DNA of 34,235 nucleotides from Vulcanimicrobiota bacterium (GTDB lineage Bacteria; Vulcanimicrobiota; Xenobia; Xenobiales; JADMJV01): NCBI GenBank assembly GCA_050250895.1, contig JBFWNU010000001.1, positions 3,913,002 to 3,947,236 of the forward strand, read 5' to 3'. Shown piece by piece: positions 25,822 to 34,235 of this stretch (position 1 is its first letter; each line of letters starts with the position of its first letter). The notes under the pieces were generated by a model. It saw only the letters and a program-made list of their open reading frames with translations, ran no database searches and was not told where the DNA came from. The position numbers and the translations under genes were made by a program.

Positions 25822-26630
25822 CGGGCGCGAAACACCTCAGCGATGTGGGCCTGCAGAGCCAGTTCTCGCTCTTTACCCAGGCGCACCTGGCTGGTCACGT
25901 CGTCATAGGCTTTCCAGGGGTCCAGGCCCAGCTTGAGCACGGCCCCGGTTCCGGCCCGGTCGGCTCGCTTTTCGATGGCTTCTTTCCAGTCTTTGTAGAG
26001 ACCCTCGACGGCAGCAGCCTCGGCCTTGAGCCCGCCCAACTTGAGCACTTTCTCGAGAGCCGTGCCGGCCACCATGCCGGCCGCATCGCCGGGCTGGTCT
26101 ACGTGGCCTAACTCGTGGCCCAGGGTGAAAGCCAGGGCCTCGTCGCTGGCCTGGTCGATGAAGCTGTCAGAAGCATAGACGCGACCGCCGGGGCGGGTCG
26201 AGGCGGGCTCGTAGTGAAGGGCTTCTTCGTGAGCCACGTAGAAACGTCCCTCGGGTAGCCCGCCAGCCTGGGTGATGGCCTGCCCCATCTTCCGCAGGCG
26301 TTGGGTGCGGTCCGTGGCGTCACCCTCGAGATTAAAGCTCAGGGCCTCGTGGCGCTGGTCGCCGAGTTCGGAAAACACCTCGGGACCCCATTGGTCTTGC
26401 ACGGCCAGCACGGCTGCCGCCATGGGCACGGGAATGCCGGCCACGGCCAGCGAGGCGGTGCTGGACAGGGCCTGCTGGACCTGGCGGGCCAGCAGGGCGG
26501 GCTCGTCGACGGTAGCTGGCGCGATTTCGACCAGGTCGTGGGGACCGGTCGCGTCGGACTCGGTCTGGCGGGCGAGTTGTCGACTCTGCTCGAGAAAGAC
26601 CCGGGCGAAGCGTGGATAGTCGATCCTCAT
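25818..26630 (-). CDS. M48-like zinc metallopeptidase with N-terminal extension
   Basis: PGGRVY, LAFTLGHELGHV (HExxH) and EKRAD. Confidence 0.78.
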   Translation of the reverse strand: MRIDYPRFARVFLEQSRQLARQTESDATGPHDLVEIAPATVDEPALLARQVQQALSSTASLAVAGIPVPMAAAVLAVQDQWGPEVFSELGDQRHEALSFNLEGDATDRTQRLRKMGQAITQAGGLPEGRFYVAHEEALHYEPASTRPGGRVYASDSFIDQASDEALAFTLGHELGHVDQPGDAAGMVAGTALEKVLKLGGLKAEAAAVEGLYKDWKEAIEKRADRAGTGAVLKLGLDPWKAYDDVTSQVRLGKERELALQAHIAEVFRAR

Positions 26631-26636
26631 TCGCCC

Positions 26637-26658
26637 AGTCTGGCAGTCCGCCCTGAAA
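26637..26658 (-). promoter_or_regulatory. Shared promoter motif TTTCAG-N10-CAGACT-N6-ATG
   Basis: Minus strand: TTTCAG 26658-26653, TGc then CAGACT 26642-26637, ATG 26630. Confidence 0.7.
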
Positions 26659-26692
26659 GGATGCTCAACACGAGCTGCTGAAGGCGTTCGCG

Positions 26693-27769
26693 GTGAGAAT
26701 CGGGATGGTCTGTTACCCGTCGGTAGGGGGCAGCGGCGTGCTGGCCTCGGCCCTCGGCCAGGGGTTGGCCGAGCGCGGGCACGAGGTTCATTTCGTCACC
26801 TACCAGCCGCCGGTGCGCCTGGACTTGAGCGCCCCCAATTTGTTTTTCCATCCGGTCGAGGTCAAAGACCACGGACTCTTCCCGGTGCCGGACTACACTC
26901 TGCCCCTATCGGTCAAGTTGGCCGAAGTCTCTCGCTCGGTGCCCCTGGATATCCTCCATGTGCACTACGCCGTGCCTCATGCTACCGCGGCTTGGCTGGC
27001 TCGCTCGATGCTGGGTCAGGGGCCAGCCGTGATCACGACGCTGCACGGAACCGATGTCTCGCTGCTGGGTCGAGATCCCAGCTTCGCCCCCGCCATTCGC
27101 CACGCCCTGCTCAGTTCTGACGCGGTCACGGCCGTTTCGCAGAGTCTGGCCGACGAGACGGTGGAGTGTTTTGGCACGGCCCGACCCCGGGTGATTTACA
27201 ACTTCGCCAGGCTCGCTCCACCCACCCGAACCGCCCAGCAAGTGCGCAGGGCCCTGGGAATTGGCGAAGAGCCGCTGCTCTTGCATATGTCGAATCTTCG
27301 CCCGGTCAAGCGAGTGGATCTTCTCGTCGAAGCCTTTCGAAGGCTCGAGCGCCCGGCCCACCTGGTCATCCTGGCCGGAGGCGACCCCTCGCAGCTGGCG
27401 GTGGGACCGGGTATCACCGTGCTTAGCGACCAGCCGGTCTCGGATTTCGTCGCGGCCTGCGACTGTGGGCTCTACGCCTCGGAGCGAGAGAGCTTCGGGC
27501 TGGCCATCCTCGAGACCATGCTGGGAGGTCGGCCGGTGGTGGCCACTCGCGTGGGCGGAGTGCCAGAAGTGGTCGAGGATGGAGTCACGGGTCTACTCTG
27601 TGAGCCGGGCCAGTTGGCCGGGTTGGTGGCCAATCTAAGGCTACTACTCGATGATGCCGAGCGGCGTCAACGCATGGGCGAGGCCGCCCGGCAAAGGGCT
27701 CTCCGGTTGTTTGCTCCCGAGCAAGCCGTGCAGGCCTATCTCGAACTGTATAGCCAGATGACCCGTTGA
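26693..27769 (+). CDS. bshA: N-acetyl-alpha-D-glucosaminyl L-malate synthase (GT4), bacillithiol biosynthesis
   Basis: [43 protein letters not shown] and ESFGL. Confidence 0.85.
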   Translation: MRIGMVCYPSVGGSGVLASALGQGLAERGHEVHFVTYQPPVRLDLSAPNLFFHPVEVKDHGLFPVPDYTLPLSVKLAEVSRSVPLDILHVHYAVPHATAAWLARSMLGQGPAVITTLHGTDVSLLGRDPSFAPAIRHALLSSDAVTAVSQSLADETVECFGTARPRVIYNFARLAPPTRTAQQVRRALGIGEEPLLLHMSNLRPVKRVDLLVEAFRRLERPAHLVILAGGDPSQLAVGPGITVLSDQPVSDFVAACDCGLYASERESFGLAILETMLGGRPVVATRVGGVPEVVEDGVTGLLCEPGQLAGLVANLRLLLDDAERRQRMGEAARQRALRLFAPEQAVQAYLELYSQMTR

Positions 27770-27782
27770 CGGCCAGACTGAA

Positions 27783-28112
27783 ATGAATAACAATGACTCG
27801 GTGAAAAGCAAGAAAGAGATCCTGACCACTCTGCTGGGGGTGGCCACGGCCGATGGGTCATTTGGCCCACAGGAGCAGGCCGTCATCGCCAACATCCTGG
27901 CCAAGTTCGGACTCGACAAAAGTGCCCCTGACGCGGTCCCGGCCAGCGGGAGCGGCGACCACGAGCAGAATCTCGAGCTGATGCGTGGGGTCTTTGCTGT
28001 GGCCCGAGCCGACGACATCTTGACCCCCGACGAACTCGCCTATCTCGAGAAGATTGCCGGCGAGCTGGGCATCAGTCCGGTTGAACTGGCACAGCTCCAG
28101 TCCGGCGCTTAG
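27783..28112 (+). CDS. TerB-like protein
   Basis: Two TerB-type motifs, VATADGSFGPQE and VARADDILTPDE..L.KIA..LGI. Confidence 0.8.
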   Translation: MNNNDSVKSKKEILTTLLGVATADGSFGPQEQAVIANILAKFGLDKSAPDAVPASGSGDHEQNLELMRGVFAVARADDILTPDELAYLEKIAGELGISPVELAQLQSGA

Positions 28113-28166
28113 GCTAGAGCCAGAAGGACCCCGACCGGCGGGGGGGCTGGTCTAGAACCCGAACCC

Positions 28167-29126
28167 CGCCTGCTTTTGGCTGGCGATGTGCGGGCCAACG
28201 AGAACCTCGACTTGCTCTCGCTGCACACCCTTTTTGCGCGCGAGCATAATCGCCTGGCCGACCAGTTCGCCCAGGCTGACCCCAGCTTGACGGACGAAGA
28301 GCTCTATCAGAAGGCTCGCAAGGTGGTGGGCGCTCTGATCCAGTCCATCACCTATCGCGAGTATCTGCCGGCTCTGCTGGGTCCGGACGCCCTCAGGCCC
28401 TACCAGGGTTATCGACCCGAGGTCAACCCCAACATCAGCAACACCTTTGCCACCGCCGCTTTCCGCCTGGGTCACAGCCAGTTAGAACCGCTGGTCTGGC
28501 GTGAGGGGGCTGACGGAAAGGCGATTCCCGAACGCGACCTGCCGCTGGCGTTTGCCTTCTTTGCGCCCGAGCGGCTTGACGAGGGCGGTATCGAGCCCTT
28601 GCTGCGGGGGCTGGCCAACTTCATTCAGGCCCCCACCGACCACCTGATTACCACGGCCGTACGCAACATGCTGTTCGGACGCCCCGGCCAGGGAGGTCTG
28701 GATTTGGCCAGTCTCAACATCGCTCGCGGGCGAGACCACGGACTACCCGGGCTCAATCAGGTGCGCAGCGCCATCGGACTGCCAAAATGGTCGAGTTTTG
28801 CCGAGTTGACCAGCCGCCCGGGCCTGGCCAAGAAGCTCGAGCAGGTCTACGGTTCCATCGACCGCCTCGACCCCTGGGTGGGCATGTTGTGCGAGGAGCC
28901 GGTCTCCGGAGCGGCCGTTGGTCCGACCATCAAGACCATCGTGGCCGACCAGTTCGAGCGCCTGCGCGATGGCGACAGGTTCTGGTATGCCAACGATCCT
29001 GACCTGGCCACGATGCGGCCTGAGATCGAGTCGACCCGCCTCATCGACGTGATCCGTCGCAACACCAGCATCGCCGATGAACTCGACGACACTCCCTTCT
29101 TCGGACATAAGAACGGGCGTCCCTAA
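28167..29126 (+). pseudogene. Animal-type heme peroxidase, C-terminal two-thirds only (5'-truncated)
   Basis: AGDVRANEN, REHNR, AAFRLGHS (proximal His), NIARGRDHGLP and LRDGDRFWY. No ATG or RBS, and no room for the distal-His region before the in-frame stop at 28110-28112. Confidence 0.75.
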
Positions 29127-30832
29127 GGGACTAAAGCCCGGGCGACCATCTCGGCACCCAACCCGAAGAAAGGAAAATCTCCGTTCGGAATGTTCACCAG
29201 GGGGACGGGACCCGAGCCGAGCGCTTCTTTCTGGGCCAGCGCGAGTCTGGTCATGGCCCGGCACAGGGGGAGTTCGGCCTCTGCCTGGGCGTAGCTGACC
29301 TGAAACGGGAAGTCCCACGGGCTCAACTTGAGTGGCGCGTCGATGACCAGATACTTGGAGGGATAGCCGACGGCCAGGTCGGGCTCGGGGCCGGGCCAGG
29401 GGGTCATTGAGTCGGTGTCGACCACTCCCTGGCGGGTCAATTCGAACTGCTCGGGCGGCCAGGGGGGAGCCAGCAAGAGGTGAAACCGGGTCAATCGCAA
29501 GCCTCTCTCGCGGAAAGCTCGATGGAGCAATTCGACCAGGGCGAAAGGCACATTCCAGCCGGCCACGGGAGCCTCTTCCCAGCCTGCCTGCAAGACCTGG
29601 TTGGCCACCACGCCGGCCCAGTCTTCCTGGTCAAAATCGGGGTAGACCCCCCAGAACAGCGGATTGCAAATCGGATGGGAAACCGTCAGGGTGCCCACCC
29701 CGAGCCGGCTTAACTGAGTGTCGAGAAAGTCTTCGCCCGGTCCGTAGAAGACGCGCCCGGTATGGCAGGGAGAGGGGAGGAGCACCAGTTTGCGGTCACC
29801 CTCGCGCTGGCGCACGATGGCTCTTCCCGAAAGTTGTTCGTCGTTCTGTAAGGGAGCCTGTTCCCCAGCCTCGTCGCGGGTGGGCAAGGCTCGGGAGGCG
29901 TTGGGTGGCCAGGGCAACAGAGTCCACAGGTGGCGAGCCAGCTCGGCCAATTCGAAATGCAGGTTCCAGAAGGTCTGGTCGCGCAGGAGTCGCTGCTGGG
30001 AGAGGTCTTTCTTCAAAGCATCGCAGAAGATGGTGCCTTCCACTCCGGGGATGTCGAGGGGGCGGTCCAAGGGAAAGCTCACCCCGTGCACCACCACCCA
30101 GATGTTTTCGTCGGGCTGATGCTGGGCTAGCCCCAACCATCCGGCGAAGGGCCCGGCGGCCGCTCGGGTCAAGCGCGTTCGGGGAGCTGTGGGCAACTCG
30201 ATGTCGGGGTGCTCCAGTAGGGCCGCTACGGTGTATTCCTCGCGCTCGTTAGCGAGATTGATGGCGGTGCCGTTGACGACGATCGGGGCGCGGGCTCGAC
30301 AGCAGCGTTCTTGCAAGAGCAGCTGCTCGGGACGCTGGCCCGTAACGAGCTTGCGTAAAGTGCGCGATCCGGGTGTTTCGCGGAGCCAGAATCCGAAGCC
30401 CGGTTCGGCCGGCTCTTGCTCGGGCGCTTTGCCCGGGCGATAGCGTAGGCGCCGGCCGTCGCATTGTAGCCACAAGCGGGAGGGGGCCAGGGCACCAGCC
30501 GCCTGCATGGCCACGCCCAACTCGAACAGGCGCGGCTCGTCCTGGTGCAAAGCCAGCGCCGAGAGGTCGCCGCGCAGCTCATCGACGCTGTACGGGTCCA
30601 GGTCGTAGCTCAGCTCCAGGTCGTCGCTATCGATGCGAAATCGCAGCGCCTTGGCTCCGGCGGCAAAACTGGCAGCCACCAGGTTGAGGACGTAGTAGTG
30701 CGGCTCGGGCAGGCGAAAGCGGGCCAGTTTCTCGGCGGCCTTCTCGCGGTTGAGAGTGAAACTTCCTTGGGAGCTCCACTCGCCGGCCTGATGGAGTTCG
30801 TCGAGCAGCTCCTGGAGCGGGTTGTCGCTCAC
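29123..30832 (-). CDS. Hypothetical protein: degenerate GHKL/Hsp90-like N-terminal region plus possible alpha/beta-hydrolase-like C-terminal domain, ~569 aa
   Basis: GTGA overlap with the upstream gene gives start 30832 (MSDNPL); SSQGSFTLNREKAAEKL..HYYVLNLVAASFAAGA...LKKDLSQQRLLRD. Confidence 0.75.
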   Translation of the reverse strand: MSDNPLQELLDELHQAGEWSSQGSFTLNREKAAEKLARFRLPEPHYYVLNLVAASFAAGAKALRFRIDSDDLELSYDLDPYSVDELRGDLSALALHQDEPRLFELGVAMQAAGALAPSRLWLQCDGRRLRYRPGKAPEQEPAEPGFGFWLRETPGSRTLRKLVTGQRPEQLLLQERCCRARAPIVVNGTAINLANEREEYTVAALLEHPDIELPTAPRTRLTRAAAGPFAGWLGLAQHQPDENIWVVVHGVSFPLDRPLDIPGVEGTIFCDALKKDLSQQRLLRDQTFWNLHFELAELARHLWTLLPWPPNASRALPTRDEAGEQAPLQNDEQLSGRAIVRQREGDRKLVLLPSPCHTGRVFYGPGEDFLDTQLSRLGVGTLTVSHPICNPLFWGVYPDFDQEDWAGVVANQVLQAGWEEAPVAGWNVPFALVELLHRAFRERGLRLTRFHLLLAPPWPPEQFELTRQGVVDTDSMTPWPGPEPDLAVGYPSKYLVIDAPLKLSPWDFPFQVSYAQAEAELPLCRAMTRLALAQKEALGSGPVPLVNIPNGDFPFFGLGAEMVARALVP

Positions 30833-31683
30833 TCCAGGGGCAGGGTCTCTCGGCGAGCGACCCACTCGGCTGGCGGACCGTTGGAGGAGAGGGAAACGAT
30901 GCTGCCGGCGATAGCGCAGGTGGTGTCGCGGTCGCCCAGGCCGGCGACCGTGGCCCAGAAGCATTGCTCATAATCGTCAGGGGAACGCCAGGCTGACCAG
31001 ATGGCAAATGGCACGGTGTCGGCAGCGCTGATGCGCTGGCCCGAGCCTAGTTCGCGGGCTGCCTGGACCGGTTCCATAGCCGGATCCAGCGCGGCTGCCC
31101 GGGTGAGTCCGTCCAACACCTGGCCGGCAGGCACTCGCTCGAGCAAACTCGGCCATTCGAACCGCTGGTGGTAGGCGAGAGCGGCCGCCACGGCCACGGC
31201 GATACCGCCGGCCTGGCCGTCAACATGGGTGTGGGTGACCCGCGAGGCCTCGCGGGCGTTGTCTACCACCGCCTGCAGGTCGTCGGCGAAGAAGGCGCCG
31301 ATGGGTCCGGCCCGCATCGCGGCTCCATTGCCGTAAGATCCTTCCCCCTCGAAAAGCTGGGCCGCCTCTCGCCACGAGGCACTGCGTTGGAAGGCCAGGA
31401 TCAGCTCGCGGGCGCCGGCCCCGTAGCCGCGGGTGATGTCAAAGCGTCGGGCCAAGGCGTCGGCTAGAGCACCGGGGTTGATTCTTCCGATCTGCTCGAG
31501 CACTTCATAGACCGACAGAGCCATCTCGGTGTCATCGGTGTAGCGCCAGGGCCCGGGTGGAACTTCACGGCGAGCGATTCGCGGCACTACCTCAGACGGC
31601 GGACCGAAGAAGCGCTCTCCCAGAGCGTCTCCGACCGACAATCCTTCCAGAGATGCTCGGGCGCGTTGAAGAGGGGTTTTCAT
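30829..31683 (-). CDS. ADP-ribosylglycohydrolase (DraG/ARH family)
   Basis: GLSVGDALG, YTDDTEM, RGYG, SYGNGAAMR, VTH and GDRDTTCAIAG. Confidence 0.92.
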   Translation of the reverse strand: MKTPLQRARASLEGLSVGDALGERFFGPPSEVVPRIARREVPPGPWRYTDDTEMALSVYEVLEQIGRINPGALADALARRFDITRGYGAGARELILAFQRSASWREAAQLFEGEGSYGNGAAMRAGPIGAFFADDLQAVVDNAREASRVTHTHVDGQAGGIAVAVAAALAYHQRFEWPSLLERVPAGQVLDGLTRAAALDPAMEPVQAARELGSGQRISAADTVPFAIWSAWRSPDDYEQCFWATVAGLGDRDTTCAIAGSIVSLSSNGPPAEWVARRETLPLE

Positions 31684-31689
31684 GCTCGC

Positions 31690-34233
31690 TTATTCGTCGT
31701 CGTCCTGTTCCTGCTGAGCCTTCTGAGCCTGCTGGCGTCGGCCGCCTCCTTCGCGATCGCGACCCGGGATCTCTTTCTCGTCCCGGCGCTCGTCCCGGCG
31801 TTCCTCGTTGCGACGTTCCTCATTGCGTCGCTCGGCGTTGCGCTGGTCGCTCTCTGGCTGGGTGGTCCGCTCGCTGTGACGCTCGGGGGTTTGACGTCGT
31901 TTGTCGGCCTCGGAGTGGCGCTCACGGTGGCCCTCTTCGCGATGGGGGCGATGGGCACGCCGGTCGTCACCACCGTCGGGCTCACCCTGTCGGCGGTTAC
32001 CCTCGTCGGTACGACCGCGCGAACGCCGGTCGGGTCCGTCCTGCTCGGAGTCTTGCTGGCGATTCTTCATCCCCTCCTCACGCGGGGGGCCGTCGTCGCC
32101 CGTGTTCGCACGTGCGCTACTGGCTCGGTGATGTCCCTTGTCGCTGTCGTGGCGCCGATGGTGCTGCTGATCGGACTGCTGATCTCGGTTCGAACTCTGG
32201 TCCTGACCGTCGCCACCACTGTTGGATCGCGTCTCGGAGCTAGTTGCCTGGCGAGTGTCATCGAAGCGCTGCTGCAACTGCTGAGATTGTCGCTCGATGA
32301 GTTCGTGACGGGCGGCGGCGAAAGTATTCGAGCGGCGAATTCCGGTCCAATCGACAGTGTCCTGGGTCTCTCTGGCGGCCTGACGCTCGACCATTTCGTT
32401 GGCCCGCTGGGCCAGGTCGTCCTGGCGGGTCTCGAGTTCTTGCTTCTGAGTGTCATCGAGCCTGGCCAGGCCCTCGCCGTCACGCTCACCGGCTCTCGAA
32501 CTCGTGTCGCGACTGGTATCCGAGGTGCTGTCGGCCTGGTCGCCGGCCCGACCACGGCTGGCCGTGGTAAATTCGATTGGATTGGAGCGGGTTTGGCTTC
32601 GGACTTTGGCGCCCTCGCTACTGGTGGTGCTACCACTGGCGGTGCGCCGCTTGGCGGCAGCCTTGAAGCGCGCCTTGGCCTTGACTTCGTCATGGCTCTT
32701 CTCTTCTTTTTGCTTGCCCCCATCCGGCCCGTCGTCCTTGGGAGCCTTGTGTTCTTCCTTCTTCTCCTTCGGCTGTTCGTGCTCGGGCTCGAGCTTGCTT
32801 TCTTGAGTGTCGTCCTCGCGACGCGCTCGCTCGAGGGCGCGCCGTAGCCTGACTTCATCGTCGCGCTGCTCGTCTTTGGCGCTGCGCGAGGGGGTGTCGA
32901 TGGCAGGCTGCGCCTCGAGCGGACGGATCTCTTCGGTGACCCTGGCCTCTTCCACAGAAGTGGCCACGGTCGGTGCGGCCACCTTCTCGGTGGGCGCGAC
33001 CGCGATTGGCTCTGGGCCGACTTCGGGTTCGGCTTTAGGGCCCAGCAGGCTCTTCAGGCGTTCGGCCTGCAAAGCCCGCCGCTGCTCTTCGAAGTTCGAG
33101 ATGATCGGGGTGGGTGCCTTCGGCTCGGGCCGCTGACTGTCCTCAGGCCTTAGCTCGCCGCGCAGCCGGAAGCGCCCTGGATCAGGTAGAGGGCGTGGCG
33201 ACACTTCTCTTACCCTGTTGGTTGGATCGTGCTCGGGGCGGATGCGCTCGGCCATTCCCCGCTCGAACCGCGGCTCCAGACGGGCGCCACCTGAATAGCC
33301 GACGGGGTCGTACGGGGCCGCCGGGCCGGCTGTGTGAAACTCGCCCGGAAGACTCGGCTTGAAACTCATGCCGACACTGGCTCGGCGGGTCCCTGAACCG
33401 AGGGACTTGAGCGTGTCGGCCTTGCCCGTGTCGATAGGCCGTTCGGTCTTCTTGCTCTCTTCGTGCGGCTTGGGCTGGTCGGCGCCCTCGGCCACCTTAC
33501 CAGACTCGCCCCTGGCAGGCTCGGTCTTGAACTCACCTTTCGGCTGGTCTGGCTTGGCCTCGTCGCCCCTGGCCTGCTCGGTTTTGGGCTGCTCCGGCCT
33601 GGCCGCGTCAGTCCTGGGTTGCTCGGGCTTGGGCTGTTCCGGCTTAGGCTCGTCGCGTCGGGGCTCCTCGGCTCTCGGCTGGTCGGCCTTGGGCGGTTCC
33701 GGCTTAGGCTCGTCGCGTCGGGGCTCCTCGGCTCTCGGCTGTTCGGGCCTGGGTTGTTCCGGCTTAGGCGCGTCGGGTTTGGGTTGCTCGGTTTTCGGCT
33801 CGTCAGGTTTGGGAGCGTCTGGCTTAGGCTCGTCGCGTCTGGGCTCCTCGGCTCTCGGCTGATCGGCCTTGGGCGGTTCTGGCTTAGGCGCGTCGGGTTT
33901 GGGCTGCTCGGTCTTCGGCTCGTCGGCCTTAGGAGCGTCTGGCTTAGGCGCGTCGCGTCTGGGCTCCTCGGCTCTCGGCTGGTCGGCCTTGGGCGGTTCT
34001 GGCTTAGGCGCGTCGGGTTTGGGCTGCTCGGTCTTCGGCTCGTCGACCTTAGGAGCGTCCGGCTTAGGCGCGTCGGGTTTGGGTTGCTCGGTCCTCGGCT
34101 CGTCGGCCTTAGGAGCGTCAGGCTTAGGCGCGTCGGGTTTGGGTTGCTCAGTATTGGGTTCGTCCGGCTTCGGGGCGTCCGGGTTAGGAGCGTCTGGCTT
34201 TGGCGCTTCGGGTTTGGGCTGCTCGGTCTTCGG
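31690..34233 (-). CDS. Large, highly charged low-complexity protein, 5'-partial (>847 aa)
   Basis: I translated 33496-34233 in the frame of ORF 31690-33495 and found no stop, so the gene begins beyond the window. Confidence 0.8.
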   Translation of the reverse strand, partial: PKTEQPKPEAPKPDAPNPDAPKPDEPNTEQPKPDAPKPDAPKADEPRTEQPKPDAPKPDAPKVDEPKTEQPKPDAPKPEPPKADQPRAEEPRRDAPKPDAPKADEPKTEQPKPDAPKPEPPKADQPRAEEPRRDEPKPDAPKPDEPKTEQPKPDAPKPEQPRPEQPRAEEPRRDEPKPEPPKADQPRAEEPRRDEPKPEQPKPEQPRTDAARPEQPKTEQARGDEAKPDQPKGEFKTEPARGESGKVAEGADQPKPHEESKKTERPIDTGKADTLKSLGSGTRRASVGMSFKPSLPGEFHTAGPAAPYDPVGYSGGARLEPRFERGMAERIRPEHDPTNRVREVSPRPLPDPGRFRLRGELRPEDSQRPEPKAPTPIISNFEEQRRALQAERLKSLLGPKAEPEVGPEPIAVAPTEKVAAPTVATSVEEARVTEEIRPLEAQPAIDTPSRSAKDEQRDDEVRLRRALERARREDDTQESKLEPEHEQPKEKKEEHKAPKDDGPDGGKQKEEKSHDEVKAKARFKAAAKRRTASGSTTSSEGAKVRSQTRSNPIEFTTASRGRAGDQADSTSDTSRDTSSRAGERDGEGLARLDDTQKQELETRQDDLAQRANEMVERQAARETQDTVDWTGIRRSNTFAAARHELIERQSQQLQQRFDDTRQATSSETRSNSGGDGQDQSSNRDQQSDQQHHRRHDSDKGHHRASSARANTGDDGPPREEGMKNRQQDSEQDGPDRRSRGRTDEGNRRQGEPDGGDDRRAHRPHREEGHRERHSEADKRRQTPERHSERTTQPESDQRNAERRNEERRNEERRDERRDEKEIPGRDREGGGRRQQAQKAQQEQDDDE

Positions 34234-34235
34234 CT
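33541..34235 (-). repeat. Coding tandem repeat: 15-bp units (P-K/R-x-D/E-x), ~46 copies, with 60- and 120-bp higher-order periodicity
   Basis: PKTEQ PKPDA PKPEP PKADQ PRAEE PRRDE...; 33841-33900 differs from 33961-34020 at one base. Confidence 0.92.

Noticed and set aside
31666-32847. 393-aa very hydrophobic + strand ORF that resembles a membrane protein
   Set aside because: Antisense shadow of the charged low-complexity gene (reverse complements of E/D/K/Q codons read as L/V/F). The minus gene fits the operon.
33359-33862. GxSxL repeat ORF on the + strand
   Set aside because: Antisense reading of the P-K-x-D/E repeat.

Overview
GC-rich bacterial window with about 30 genes and no rRNA, tRNA, CRISPR array or intact transposase. 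Recognisable genes encode a GNAT/carbon-nitrogen hydrolase fusion, a 2OG-Fe(II) oxygenase, an iodotyrosine-deiodinase-like nitroreductase, an RNB ribonuclease, a BON-MscS channel, a VOC protein, a DHH phosphoesterase, an MprF-type synthase domain, a PiT-like transporter, a PilX/PilV/PilW-like minor-pilin triad, a GDPD, DUF1028, an M48-like peptidase, BshA, a TerB-like protein, an ADP-ribosylglycohydrolase and a 5'-partial P-K-x-D/E pentapeptide-repeat protein. The main unexplained signal is a dispersed candidate regulon read directly from the sequence. Eight genes share the upstream geometry TTTCAG-like box, exactly 10 nt, a TANNNT-type -10 (mostly TAGNNT), then 6-7 nt to the start codon, which implies leaderless mRNA; several have a second box 11 bp further upstream. 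Most of these proteins begin M-x-I/V with a low-complexity extension instead of a signal peptide. Five otherwise unrelated proteins end in the same ~20-aa motif (L/F-E-I-x-D-E-x-V-x-I-G-x-x-x-V/I/L-P). Two degenerate Hsp90/GHKL-like paralogues also occur. My inference, untested, is a co-regulated set of exported effector-like proteins carrying a non-classical sorting tag. The window also holds a palindromic repeat family, a Uma2 remnant, a truncated heme peroxidase and one frameshifted gene. Several start sites were reassigned relative to the ORF track.
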